From Balanoglossus misakiensis (lineage: Eukaryota > Animalia > Hemichordata): a stretch of DNA of 64,000 nt. Shown piece by piece: positions 12,401 to 26,700 of the stretch (its first letter is position 1; each line of letters starts with the position of its first letter). Made by a program: the position numbers and the translations under genes. The stretch covers positions 1,736,001 through 1,800,000 of the forward strand of contig CM082577.2 of NCBI GenBank assembly GCA_040954595.2, in the 5' to 3' direction. The notes beneath the pieces were generated by a model. It saw only the letters and a program-made list of their open reading frames with translations, had not been told where the DNA came from and ran no database searches.

Positions 12401-15400
12401 ACTCTCTGTAACATTTCCCCCCCCCCCCCCCAAAATAATCAAAAATAAATATGTTCATGTTCACATATATAATACTGTGTTTTGCGACTTACCTTAAAAA
12501 AGACATCTCTATATTTGGGTTCTTTGGCGAATATCAACAGCTTGACATAATTATGTGCAATTCTGTTGAAAAGTTTGGATTGGGATAGTTTGCTAGGATG
12601 GTACTTGTTCAGGAATAACCACCAGAAAGTGTCCTGTCAGAGGATAAAAGAACACGTTGTTAAGTTTTTCCATCTGCAATTTGCTGCTTGACAGTGTCAC
12701 ATGAAACGTTAGCTATACTTCTTTTTTATCAAAATACACAAAACACTTTGAGAAGAAATCCTTTATGGGTATCACTATTAATAATATTCACCACCATGGT
12801 TTGGTCCAAGCCCACCATTTTATATTTTCTAAAATTTCATCTCAACAGACGAAATTTGGGATTTACTGATTAACAGTTAGCAATTTAATAGTGTTCAATT
12901 AAAGAGTAAATGCCCTTTAATTTGGAGAAAACAATAGAAACTCATTATCATAACAAATCATTATATTGTTAAGCAAATTGGTCGATACTGTATCAGAAAT
13001 ACTGGGGAGAACACTGATCTAATGAACTTGAAGCTAAAGTAAATTAAATTTAGAGGTGAACATTTCAAAATCAACAGAAGACAAAACATTTGTTGAAAAA
13101 ATGTGAGGGATTGTCAGGTCCTTGCATGCCACGGAATAGCTCCCTCTAGTGGCGAAACAGCAAAAAAAAAACCAACTCACCACCAGGACAGCTTCTGACA
13201 TTTTGGAGTACAGGAGTCGTTTGAATTCATCCTTGTAGTACGGTTTTCTGCCAAGATCCTTCTGTGCCACTGCCACCCTCTGAAGGATTGTAAAAGCTTC
13301 GACGTCTGGTAATGGTGTCAACTCATTTGGTTCAAAGCCAGGGTATTGGTGTAGCTGAAAATGACAAAAGTTTAGACTTCAGGTGGACGCCATTACGGTC
13401 TTGCAAGTATGGTAAGACGTTTACATCACAAACTCTTTCAAAAAGATGGTGTTTCCTTGTTATTCCTTTTGATGTTGACCCTTTGTAGTGCCTTCAGCAA
13501 TATGTACAAACCATCCACTGACACTGACATTCACAGCCACTGCATACAAGACAGCCACAATGCAACAAATCACCATGTCTATAGACTGAAAGACAGGTTC
13601 TGTTCCTGCATTTTTCACTTAATTCTGCTTTATCTCACCAACATGGCACTGCTGCGTTATTCTTTGCAAAGTTTCAAGATTTACTGCAGTATTCAGTATT
13701 TTCCAAAGCCTTTCCAGGTTAATAACTGTGAAGTTTTGGTTACTCCACACAAAATCTTACTGTCAGTACTAAGGCAACTACATGGTCACATTTCTGAGAG
13801 GACTGGCCAACTGGCATAACCAGTTGATTACATCAAATTATTTTCTTTCTAGGTAGTTAGAGTGTGAAGGCAACTTACCTCCACTAGTTTTGGTTTGTTA
13901 CTACTTTTGTCCTGCAAAAGATTAACAGAAAAATAGATACAGCACAAAATGTTAGGACACCATGGTTCTGTCATTTGTACTGACACAACTACATGTATGG
14001 AAAGAACTATTTCTCTTGATTGCACACCAGGCCTGGCTGTGCAACTTACAAAATCTCTTGACATGACTGACAACTATGTAACTGGTAATGTTCAAATTTG
14101 TAGAGGGGGGGGGGGGAGACAAAGCAGGGACTTACCTTTTTTGCTGGGAACTTTGCAAGTTGTTTGACTTTTGTATTGACCTGAGGTAAAAGGGCTACAA
14201 GACAAATGTATCCACTTATTATCAAAATATTTATCAAAATAGTTAATTCCTCAGACATGAATTATAAATTATGATTGTACTGACAAGTTCATGTACATTT
14301 ACATACCATGTCTACTCACAACGGTAACTTACTTGCTTTTATTGAATAAAGTCCAGCAAACTGGTTCAACTCCTTGGTTTCTTTTTCTGTAATAGGTCAA
14401 CAATTAAAAAAGAAAATATGGAGACATTGTAATAACATTATACATGTATTCACAACACATAACTAAGAGCAGCTACCATTTTAGGACTGGGTTTCTAGGT
14501 AAAAATGAATACTTTCTTGTCCTTAAATGACATGAAGGTTCAAAATAATGACTTCCAAAACACTATTATAAATGAACTACTAAATAATGGCTGCCGCCTT
14601 GCAAATATCAATTAAAATGACAGAGACTACCAGAGACTACCAATGTCACCTCTTGACAACACTTGTTTACCTTTCTGATAACCCTTTTCTCTTTGTGGTG
14701 CCTGCAGGTCAATGGCCGCTCCGTATTCTTCATCAAAATTAGATGCTCTACTTTCAACAACAAGTGCTGTGTAACTTTGAAGCTCTTGATCCAAATGTGC
14801 TATTTTGTCATTGACTCGATCGATAGAGCCGATCAAAAATGCTTTGATGTTTGATGTCAAGGCTTATCAAAATCACTGTGATTTCACCCAGGCCTGTCCA
14901 CAAAGCTGTTCCCCGGTTTTATCAGTTTTCAGAAAATCAGAGAGTGGCAAAGCAGTTTTATATTTTTTTTTTTTCAAAAGTTATAAGCAGCTATCTTTTG
15001 ATATTAATTGTTATGTTTATTGTCTCTTTCTCTAGCAGTGGGCTAGTATTACTTTGCATCAACTAGCTCAGAAGGAAAGATGAAAAGAAAATGTTAATTT
15101 TCACATATATATACAATCTAATGAATAAGTTTTAAAGTTTGAATAATGTGAGTTATAAATATATAAGATTTCAGGAAATTTGTTTAATCTAGCAGAAAAT
15201 AAGAATTAATTTATTGGTGGCTAATGTATTTGTAGTTGTATACATCAATGTGTTATTTGTGTGGGTGAATGCATTTACATGTAGTACGATACACAGAACC
15301 TTGAACACAAAGTTACGAGAACTTGTTGCTGATAGTAGTTCCCTGATGATGATGATCCAATCACCAAACGGAAGACACCACAATGAGTTGACAAGGACAA

Positions 15401-16114
15401 TGGGTTATGAATGACATGCAGGTTGAACAAGAGAAAATGTTACTTGAAAATAACTACATGTACACATACAACTGAGGAAACTTGTCTTTAACAAGACAAA
15501 CAGTTAGTGTGTTATATATAAATAGTATGTCATTTATGAAATTCAATCTGATTAAAATCAGACGCATAGATATCTTTTGCCCTAAGTTCGTCCTATGCCC
15601 TTTACGTTCACTGATCTCTTAGAGGTAAGGCCAAACCCAATTATGAATACAGAAGAAAGGCAAGGAAGATGAGATTACTTATTTCAGCACATGTCAATTA
15701 TCTTGATGATAACATCACAGACACACATTGCAGTGCTAACCTTGAAAATGATATAAGCATGGAGAGGTTGTTTTGGACAGTTTCAGAGTGTCATCAAGAC
15801 AAGCGAGCATGATCACTAAGTGGAAAAAATTATTATGAAATTATAAACGCGTGTTGCAAACGCTTCATTTCAATTTCTCAAGTCAAGACTTGGCAGGGTG
15901 GCATGGCAACCGAAGACGCTCATTCATATTCTGTACATGCCCCCGTGTACCCGGCCTAAGTGGCTGTTAAATTGTGGATTTTTGAAAGGATACCCGGACT
16001 TTGGTTCTGTTTACGTAATAGGTCGGACTTGATATGGTTCAATTCTTCTCTGGTTTTCAGTAAGTCTTCCTCATATAAATTCATAGGCGAACTGACTCTG
16101 TTTATGTCCGCCAT
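3420..16114 (-). CDS. FAM227A: FAM227-family (FWWh-domain) protein, FAM227A-like; multi-exon, 3' end not located in window
   Basis: Exons (minus): 16114-15994 (MADINRVSSPMNLYEED), 14841-14671, 14386-14333, 14194-14136, 13911-13879, 13354-13181 (LHQYPGFEPNELTPLP), 12633-12493 (DTFWWLFLNKYHP..LFNRIAHNYVKLL, FWWh signature), 12328-12103 (YPDVLAQSIYSSFCEAFP), 11990-11263 (Ser/Arg-rich), 10205-10048, 3572-3420. Phases are consistent over ~672 codons. A versus B paralogue call rests on the head-to-head position with CBY1. Confidence 0.85.
3573..10047 (-). other. U12-type (minor spliceosome) AT-AC intron of the FAM227 gene, 6475 nt
   Basis: 5' end ATATCCTTT starting at 10047; branch site TTTTCCTTGAC at ~3595-3585; 3' terminal AC at 3574-3573. 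Joining gives an uninterrupted ...NLPP/LDAPTYREII reading frame. Confidence 0.9.
11199..11228 (+). repeat. (AGAAC)n microsatellite
   Basis: About 6 tandem pentamers visible directly. Confidence 0.85.
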
Positions 16115-16520
16115 CTTGGTTAGTAGTCAATCACTGTATGTTCGATATTTCTTTACGCCACCGACCGAGGGAGTACCGGAAGTGACGTTTTAGCTGGCAG
16201 TTTGACGAGCGGGCGAGTGACGAATATTTTTGTTGTGTTTTGTTCTGTGCGTAAGCAAAAGCAATCCAGGCAAGTACAAGTATACACGCTTACTATTTTC
16301 TGACTCAGTTTGACGAAAAAACTCACTCAGGAGAACATATTCACGTACGTCCGCGTACAAACCTCTCCCAAAACTTTTGGAATTTTGTCGGTGGAAATCA
16401 TCACATATCACACCAAATCAAGTCATTTGAGGTCGCATTGACATCAACTACCATCACAATCATGTCAGTACGGGTAAGTCATTACGCCCATGGCTAAAAC
16501 GTGTACGTAGCAGCGCCCAA
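15850..16520. promoter_or_regulatory. Bidirectional CpG-rich promoter of FAM227 (-) and CBY1 (+)
   Basis: Local CpG enrichment; FAM227 ATG at 16114; ETS-like CCGGAAGT at ~16176; candidate CBY1 non-coding exon donor GG|GTAAGT at ~16474; X-box-like GTGGCATGGCAAC at 15898-15910. Confidence 0.6.
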
Positions 16521-16678
16521 TTCAAGGACATACCTGTTGTATGTCCATGATGGTAGAGTAAGAGTATTTTAGGGGTGAATTGCCCGCATCACACTGGCTG
16601 TAATGTCTAGATCCAGTGCTAGTGGTATGCAGCTTGGTGGGCACACCATATGTGACACTCAGTGTACTGCCACTGGTG

Positions 16679-16776
16679 TTAATATTCCCCAGAACAAATT
16701 GGTGTCAAATGAATGTTCTCCATAGTTTTTACATGTTTCACATCCAAAGATGGCATTTTGTTCTGAGGATTATTAA
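16679..16776. mobile_element. Small hairpin MITE-like repeat, second copy at ~22069-22160
   Basis: TTAATATTCCCCAGAACAAA ... TTTGTTCTGAGGATTATTAA inverted termini; the related copy in the RPS15A intron shares the termini and the TTCTCCATAG..TTTACATGT core. Confidence 0.5.
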
Positions 16777-17445
16777 GTGTAATAATCATGCCATTTTTTT
16801 TCACAAGTGTCTCTTCTTTTATCATAGATATCATAATAGATCTGAGTATCATGTCAAGCATGTCTTTCCTCCGAAGTGGATGCATGGTACTTTTAGTGTG
16901 AACAAACAAAAATTCTGTTATATCACAAAGAATTTTCTAATCTGTGTTCAGTGGTGTTCGAAATGTAACTCACTTCCCCAATGCAATGTGTCCATTGGGC
17001 ATCTGGCCAACAGCATACAGCACTTTACATGATCATGATGTCCCTACATGAAATGTGTCAGTTTCATTTGACCATACTGAGTGCAATCATACAATTCACA
17101 GTAATTGGTGGAGGTCAATTGATTTTCGTGTGTGTTTTGGTGGCATACTATCACACACCGAGTGCTTGTTTGTGGAGTGTTGAAAATCTAATTGTTTCTA
17201 TCTACACGACACCAAAAAGGCATTATGCTCAAGAACATCTTGCAATCTTGGGAAGACCTTTAAGGACCCAGAAAAAAATTCACTCAGCTGGAAAGTCCTT
17301 AAAGATTGCCTTGAACATAGTATGGCATGTGATCAAATTGTGAGACTGATTGAGATATAAAAAAAAGTTTGTTTGCAAGTTACGATTTTTTCAAATTTCA
17401 GTGTTACAGTGTACATGTAATATTATTTCTCACACACAGAAAAAA

Positions 17446-18228
17446 ATGCCACTCTTTGGTGACAAGTTCTCCCCCAAGAAGACTCCGATGAGGAAGTCGC
17501 TCTCTCTGAACAACTTGAACAGACTGGATCATGCTGTGAGGGAGACAGAGTATGGCATGGAATATGGTTCGGCGTCAGTCAAACTGGGAGGCCAAGAATT
17601 AGTCTTTGAAAATGGTTCCTGGGTTGTTGGTAAGGCATTCCTCAACAATCCTGGAAAGGGAGATGACAAATATTTTCATAAAGAAAATGATGTATGCTGA
17701 CTATTGCCAGCATTCTCTGGGAACACAAAAAAACTGTATTGTAGGCACAGAACAGCGATGGCAAAATGCTCAGAAATTTTCAGTTATATTATAGTCCTTT
17801 TCCTCACAAGAATAATGTGTAATTTTTGAAGTCTCTTCATTTACAGAGGGCAGCAGTGGCGGTGGTGTCAATCAGAGGGAGTTTAATAAGCTGAAAAAAC
17901 ATAATCATTCGTTGACTGAAGAAAATAATCTTCTGAAGTTGAAGATAGACATTCTTTTAGACATGGTACGTAAATTTAACACATCATTAAATTATATGCT
18001 TGCTTATCAAATGGCGAAGTCCCAAACTTTTTGTTCTGTTAGGATGCCACAAGTTTAAAGAATCCTCAATATGCACCATGATTTAGGTGTAGCGAGAAGT
18101 CTAACTTGAGCAACTTTTTTCTTCATTTTCACGATCAGCTTGCTGAAAGTTCAGCAGAATCTCACCTTCCCAACAAGCAACTGGAAGAACTGAGGGTTGG
18201 AAGTCGAGGAAAGGGAACCAGAAAGTAA
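17446..18228 (+). CDS. CBY1: Protein chibby homolog 1 (130 aa)
   Basis: Exons 17446-17629 (MPLFGDKFSPKKTPMRKSLSL..LGGQELVFENGSW), 17847-17965 (LTEENNLLKLKIDILLDM coiled coil), 18139-18228 (LAESSAESHL..TAA); GT-AG introns, phases match. Confidence 0.95.
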
Positions 18229-19391
18229 TTCCGAAACATCCAGATCAGGACTTTTCAAATTCATGTATATGGAATCTTGGACTTTTGACATATTGTTTAT
18301 GCAATACGAGAGGGGCCAGGAAGCTTTTAAACTCAACATTTGTAGTTTTATGATGATTTGAGTGCTGGTGGATTGATTCACAGCTTTTTAGATTTTACTT
18401 GGGAGAGGGGGTCAGTGATAGCTTTTAGGTTAATTTGCACAGTGGGTGGCCAGGGAGTGTCAGAGTAACTTTTTAAGGTTAAAAAGAGCCAAAATGTGTT
18501 GCATGAGGATATAATCTGCTTTGCTGTCCGTCCAATTGGAAGTCGTCTCTATATAATTTGGCAAATCATCAACCATAGAAACATTTCCTTGTATTTATTG
18601 ACATCACAAATCAATTAGATTCTCAATTTTTTGAACAAGCTGCGACTTTGTAAGATAATTTCAAAATATTTATTTTGTTTTCAGAATCAACTCAATTTGT
18701 CTTTCGCCAATTAAACTTGTTGGCATGTACATTGGTAATTGCTTCAGTAAGTTATACTTTTGGAATATGTGAATGATCAGTATCTAATTAGTTCTTTGAC
18801 ACGTAATTCAATAAATAAATGCGTTATTTTATTAAGGAAATTGTCCATGGCCATTTCTTTCCCTTTTAACCTCATTAAATGTTTGAAAAATGTGGATATA
18901 CCTCTTATTGAAGCTAAAAGATGAAATGGGATTGTATAAATACTAGAAGTATATGCATTTCCCATGCCTTGACAATAAAAGACACTTCATGTATTGTCAA
19001 AAACAAAATGTTTAATGAACTATTACAGCTCCCAATACAATTATTCAGAGAAAGGTGGAAAAAATATCACAACTCTACTTAAATCTTATTGAATGAATGT
19101 ATATGGAAAGTCTTGAGTGCATACTGGCTTTCTTGACAGGCGAGTGTTGAAAAGACTATTTTCATGCCTTGACGAGTTAAGACATCTTGAGTTGCGAGGA
19201 CATAGCATGAAGTTTTGGTTACCCTTTGGTATGTCCCACATCTTGTCAAATTGCATTTTAGGGACCATCTTGAAAGGTATTCTGCACACAACCATATTAT
19301 TGGGGTTCTATAACTATTGCATCTAGAAATAAAACCGTACACTGCTCACACCGTAAAACACAACATACAATGTATAAAGTCAGTGTCTTTG

Positions 19392-20216
19392 TTATCTTGG
19401 CTGTGGTGGCATTGGAACTTGAGATAAGCCTCCAGGCATACTACTTCCTCCACTGAATGCTGCATTGGGTCCCAAGAGAATCTGTAATGAACAACAGATA
19501 GAAAATGTTTCCATTATTCACTGTGAGCTATTTTGATTCACTAAAACATTGCTCAAAATATCCTCTCCAGAATCCTCTCCAAGTCTTTGGAAGTCAAAAT
19601 ACTGATCAGGCAGTGAACTGTGCACATGATCACCTGGAAGCCATCATGATCAGTTTGATATGAATAGGCACACCAACCTGTCTTTCTTTCTGTATTTGCG
19701 CTTGTTCCATCTGAGTCATTTCTACTTCCAGTACAACTGGTAAAACTAGAATCATGAAGGACGAAGTGAATATCCACAAAGCACTCCGACTGAATTGGTA
19801 TGATGACTGAATTCCTGAATATGTAAAACTTCCAAGTTTGCTGACACCATTTCGAAGACTTTCTGGAAAAATTTCACCGAGGGCCATTATTCTTTCACCC
19901 AAGGTTTCATCCTCAAAATCCTAGAGGGAGAAAAAAAATGATGTTAATGCCCTTCTCTCAAACTTCTATTCATACATGATGTAAAAAATGTTTTGTCTAA
20001 GAAGCACATCATTATCAGCCAGTATAGCAGTTGTGACAAGACAACGCACAGAGCACCGGAGATGAGATCGAGCGCCCCTCCCGGTAGTAAGGAAGTCGTG
20101 CTCGACATCGACAGACACAGCGCCGAGAATCAAGGACTCGTAGCATGCTAATAAAACCAACAATATATCACCTCATCTATTTCGGCTATCTGATCTTCCG
20201 GTCGTTCACTTTCCAT
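19392..20216 (-). CDS. TOMM22: Mitochondrial import receptor subunit TOM22 (125 aa)
   Basis: Exons 20216-20172, 19920-19678 (EDETLGERIMALGEIFPE..SRSALWIFTSSFMILVLPVVLEVE), 19481-19392 (ILLGPNA..TAA); acidic N-terminus and a single TM segment. Confidence 0.95.
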
Positions 20217-21170
20217 TGCTTACGGTAAAGAAAATGGCAAACTTGTTGTATCACACTATTCTGAGTTCATGAAAAGCCGACGACTCGTACTCGTCTCTAC
20301 ACGTGAAGCACGAGTTTATTATACCATATTCGGATGTCGACTTATTTCCAAATATCTGTGATAGAATTTCATTCTTGCAATATTCAGGGGTTTTGTCCCG
20401 TTTTTGCGTTTGACTTGTTACTTATTCGAAATATATAACGTTTTACGAACAATTTTTGTGGTTTAATTGGCTTTCATTGGTTATATATTGTTCACTGGAT
20501 TCGCATTAGTCGGAATGTAAATTTGAATCTGATGTCAGGACGTCAATGCTCGTGACTTCTTTCCTCCAGAAAGATTCCCACCATACAATGCGCGTAGCCA
20601 GTTTTATACATGTATTTGGATTTCGTAACAACTTTTAATGCTTCATCCTTTTAATTTCAATGAGATCACCCTCGTCCCTCCCCCCTTCCCATTTTGTAAT
20701 TGCTCAGACTTCACTTTGCGATGCATCTTTGTTGATGGGTAAGGAACATGTAAAATCAAACCTACCAATACCCACATTACAAGAACTTGAAAATTGTTGT
20801 TTATCAAAACAACTGACGATTTTATGTGGAATATGCTACTAAGTGCAATTTTATCCAAACTTTCTTTCAAGAGCACCTTTGAACTGTCAGCTAAGATAGT
20901 GGGTATGTGTATGTGCACCATCAAACCAAAGAAAAAAGCAAATGTAGAAATTGTAGCCTTCCTCCTCATCTTGACCCCGCCCCCTCCAATGAAAACAATT
21001 GACAGAGGGAAGAGACAGCACATCTCTACATCTGATTTCACTCAGATTCACCAATGCACTTGGTTTTCACAGAAAAGATTACACAGGACGCAAAAAGTAC
21101 CTCGACTGTTCTTTTTAATCGCTTTTTTTATACAACTTTGTTATAATAACATTAATCGCCACATCTTTTC

Positions 21171-22531
<1,361 letters not shown>

Positions 22532-22955
22532 TCATACTGGTGTCATTCATTTGTTATGAATGCAATGTACATGTACATGGTCTGGGCTCTCCAGATCGAG
22601 GTATATTTGCGAACGATCGTTCAGCAAAATTATGCGAGATGCCACGACAAAGTAAGGCAAACAGTGCATTAAGTTTAATTGGTCACCGCCTTGCCGGCAC
22701 GGCTGAGACAAGACGCAATACACTACAGTACTAGTCTGCCAGTCTGATCAGCGTAAGTCACTCATGGTTTTACACAGTCGTGTAAACATAACATCGGTTT
22801 TTATTACATTGAATAGCTTGTTTTTGATAATTTGATATTCCTCATATACAAAAATAACTAAGTTGGTCCTCTGTTTCAGTGAATTTCAAAAATTCCCACT
22901 CAATACGACGATGTTGCAAGATCTGTGTCAACCATCAACTGGTTTTTATCCTTAC

Positions 22956-22978
22956 CGAATCCAAGATGTCGGAAAAGG
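22956..22978 (-). promoter_or_regulatory. RPS15A non-coding exon 1 with 5'TOP/TCT start
   Basis: Minus strand CCTTTTCCGACATCTTGGATTCG|GTAAGG: polypyrimidine start followed by a strong donor, typical of ribosomal protein genes. Confidence 0.7.
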
Positions 22979-23220
22979 ATGAGTACAGATTTGCAAAGGC
23001 TTCTGGGAAAGTGGCAGCCAATCACATCTCGGTCCTTACGAGATCAACGCTGCGCGCGAGAGTTACACAGTGCGAGTAATGTGATGAAAATAAACCAGAT
23101 CTTTGACTTGAAAAACCGTGGAACATATAAAAATAACAATACATATATATTTTGTTGAGACATACCGTACAGAATTTCATATATTTACAGACCAACCGGA
23201 AATGTATGGTCTTTCGCGTC

Positions 23221-23235
23221 GTTGCCACTAGCAAC
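23221..23235. promoter_or_regulatory. RFX X-box motif upstream of the HEATR9-like gene
   Basis: GTTGCC-ACT-AGCAAC matches GTNRCC(N0-3)RGYAAC, inside the CpG-rich RPS15A/HEATR9-like divergent promoter. Confidence 0.65.
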
Positions 23236-23793
23236 TTGACTTGTGGGGGCAGCCATTTTGGCTTAGAGAAGGAGATCGGACGAGCTGCTGAGCTGCAAGA
23301 CAAGGGGTTTCTGGTTTTCCCCAACAGATTTGCAAAATATTCTGACTATTACCATGAAGGTACACCTTTCAAGACGTATTTAACTCGTAAAAAGCAGCAA
23401 ACGGTTTCCTATGACCTGACCCGGTAGGCATCAACACTGAATGAAAGTAGTTTGTTTTGAAGAAGTCGAAGTACAGTTGTTCAATCAAGCTGGTAGCTCG
23501 ACGTGACAATGTCATTGTTTACATTGCTGTAGAGGGCTTTGTCGTGAAGCTTGTTATGTCAATTGATGTATCATTTGACGAGGGCATATGAAGACCATAG
23601 ACGCAACACATATTTATTTCACACTCCAGTCAGTACGTTACTGTGGCTACTGGTATTAAAGTTAATGTGTATACTTACTCTATCTGCTACCCTTCTTTTA
23701 AATCATATGGTAGAGTATGGCCCAGCTGTGTTAATGGACTGGAACCTATCGCGTATTGATACTGTCATTTGCGTGAAAATTTAAGTCGACAAG

Positions 23794-26700
23794 ATGGCAA
23801 CATTAGCAGAGGTCAAATCTGGCAAAAAGAGGAGCAAGACGTTTGTGGGGAGACCACGTTCTGTCTCCAGTGGAATATCTCTCCCAAGGAAGAGACAACT
23901 CATCAGAAGGTCTGAGGTTTTACTTGATGACCAGGTAGGAAACTGACTCTGCTCATTATGACTTCTGACTTTCTTGCCTTTATCTCCAAACTTAAACATT
24001 AACTTGATGAAGATATACAACTGATATCATTTTTTAATCAGATGTGTAGTTGTTGGTAGTACTAGCTAGTATATCATTTTTATTGAAGAGGAACCTTTCA
24101 TTGATGGTAAGGTGTCGGAATAGACATTTCGGTAACAAAATGACAATTTGTATTTTAATGCAGTTATCGGCAGTGCGAGATGTGCAAGACAGCCTAGAAA
24201 AAGCAATGCACAAACTTGCCAGTGCCAAGACTCAAGAAGATGTTGAGTTTTATAAAACACAAGTCGAAGACCTGAAACTACAGTGTCAAGAAATGGTCAC
24301 AGTCTTACAGGTAATTTTATTTATAAATAAACAAGTGAGCAATGTTTTACATGTTTTCTTTGTCATATTTTTTAATTGTGGCGATGATGCCAAATAATCT
24401 TTCACCTGGCTGATAGATAATCGGCAAGCTGAACAGTGAGTTGGCCTACGCCAGACTGGAATTTGAAAGGGCATCTAAAGGGGAAGGTGACCAGGCTGCT
24501 GCCAGAAAAAGAGTTGTGTGGCTGGAGGACCGGGTGGAAAACCTACTGACGAGGAATAAAAGAAATGGGCCAAGACTGTCAGGGGTAAGGAGAAAATTGA
24601 GCAAATTGTATGTATCTTTGCTTGTATTGGATCGTTCTTTTGATCCAGAGTATTCCTACCACCAAGGATCTGATCAACCCAGAGTACATGTTGATACCCG
24701 TCAATTTTGGGAAAACTTTATAACTAATTGTCATAACAATTAAAGGTAAAAAATCCAAGTATACAGTGGTGTTGATTGTTGTCTCTTTCTCTTTCCTGTT
24801 TTGGTTCTGCAGTCCAGAGTGACTTTGTCTGATGAGACAGAGTCTTACTATTACTCGGAGAGTCAGCAACTACAGAGCGACACTCAAACAGGAAGCGAAG
24901 AAAATGAACTCATGAATAATCAGTTGGATCAATCTGGCAGATCCACAGCTTCCATTCAGTTTGTGAAAACCATCGACAACACGGAAGGCTTCGCCGATGA
25001 CGGTGGTGGTGATGATGATGGTGTCACCGCAGAACAAGAACAGGTGCTCAGCAGGTCATCCAGCGTCAAAGGGCCAAGGTCAAATTCACAAGAAGAGCTT
25101 GTGGGGAGGCCAGTCTCACACGCCCAAACTCCAGAGGTTTCTGCGGTCACTCCGGCCATGGTCCCAGCAGAGGTTGCAAAGCCGGAGCAAAGTAAGAAAA
25201 GGCGGAAGAGAGTGAAGAAGAGGAAGGAGATCGGGGCCGGAGACGCCCCTGCTATTAGTCCAGGGCTCTCCACTGAAGATGAAGAGGACAGAGAAATTAA
25301 ACCGAAGTCGATTCTGAAACGGCCGCAGTCCAGAGGAGATGCTGACGGTAGGGAAGATGATGCAAGGAGTGAAGGTAATTAAGTCATACATGAACTGCAG
25401 TCTGAACAAAGCCAGATGCTGGAATTGGCTCATCGGCAGCTCTCACACTCTTTCTAGCCATGATTTGACTGGTCTGTGCAAGCTAGTGTATCAGAAACGA
25501 TGGCCATATGTGAAAAGTCGGTAATCAACCATTCTCTTTTACAATACACACGACCTGTTTTCCACACATTTGCACATCTTGAATTGTTATGTTATTTTAT
25601 AAGTGTATCTCTAAGGACCATATCTTTATTCATTTGCGTCTCCAGGCAGCAGATCCGTCAGAATGGATGTGCAGTCACCACTAGAGGGCAGCAAACACCC
25701 ACCCTACGCCAGGGATTACACCGAGGCGTCAGTATATCCGGCGCATTCTGTAACCACTTCAGAAGGAGATTACTCCGAAGCCATACAAAGTGACGAAGAA
25801 ACAGAGGAAGATGATGAAAAGGTAATTATTAAACATTTTCCATATGATATAAAGTGAGGTAATTCAAATTGTTTTACATCTCAAATTGCTTAAGGAATGG
25901 CTATGTCAATATAATTTATTAGATAACCAAATCTCAAATGTACCACATCTTTATATACCATATGGGCTATATGTTTTTCTTCTTTTACATAAGAAATTTG
26001 ATCATGGATGGTAAACAGATTATATTGCTTTTGTGTATGATAGGACAAAGACAGCGAAGGAGTGTTTATGACCGAAGCGCCTGGTGATGGGACCCCATCC
26101 GGGAGAGGATCGCGCCAAGTGGCCATCATTTCACCCAAAGACGGTATGTGACTTCCCAAATTTCTCAGCCGCTTGGGTTTTGTCGGATGCAACACAGACC
26201 GCTAGTCATCTGTCCCGCCCTCTGAGGATTAGGCCTTCAAACGCCATCCAGTAGAAAGACTTGGCAAACACCGTTAATCCAAATGTTTCAACAAAACCAA
26301 CAAGGGTCGTTTCTGTAAAGTGGTTGTTGGTTACCACACATAAACAAACACAGAAACAAAACATGGCCTTTTCAAGGGGGTATTTACAGACATTGTTGTC
26401 TTAATGGACAGTTCTAACAAAGTCTCACCATCACTCATCATCATTGCTTTGAACGTCACCTTACTGTGAAGTGTGCCAAGATCAATGGCTGGTGTTGCGT
26501 CTATTCCTCTGGTGTTTGTGTGTAGCCCAGAAAACAGCAACTCAGGTAGTGAAACTATTTCAAAAAGTTGTCATTTCAGCTTTTTGAAAATGAAAATTGC
26601 ATGACATATTAGGTCACTGCTGGTGTTGCCCAAATCCTAAACAGACTGACAGAGCAACTGCGTGAATTGAACTGGCTATTTTGTATGTTTGTCTGTTTGG

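Noticed and set aside
14333-14337. Possible GC-AG donor (AAA|GCAAGT) in FAM227
   Set aside because: The frame is explained with canonical sites if the next exon uses the TAG acceptor starting at 14194 rather than 14180.
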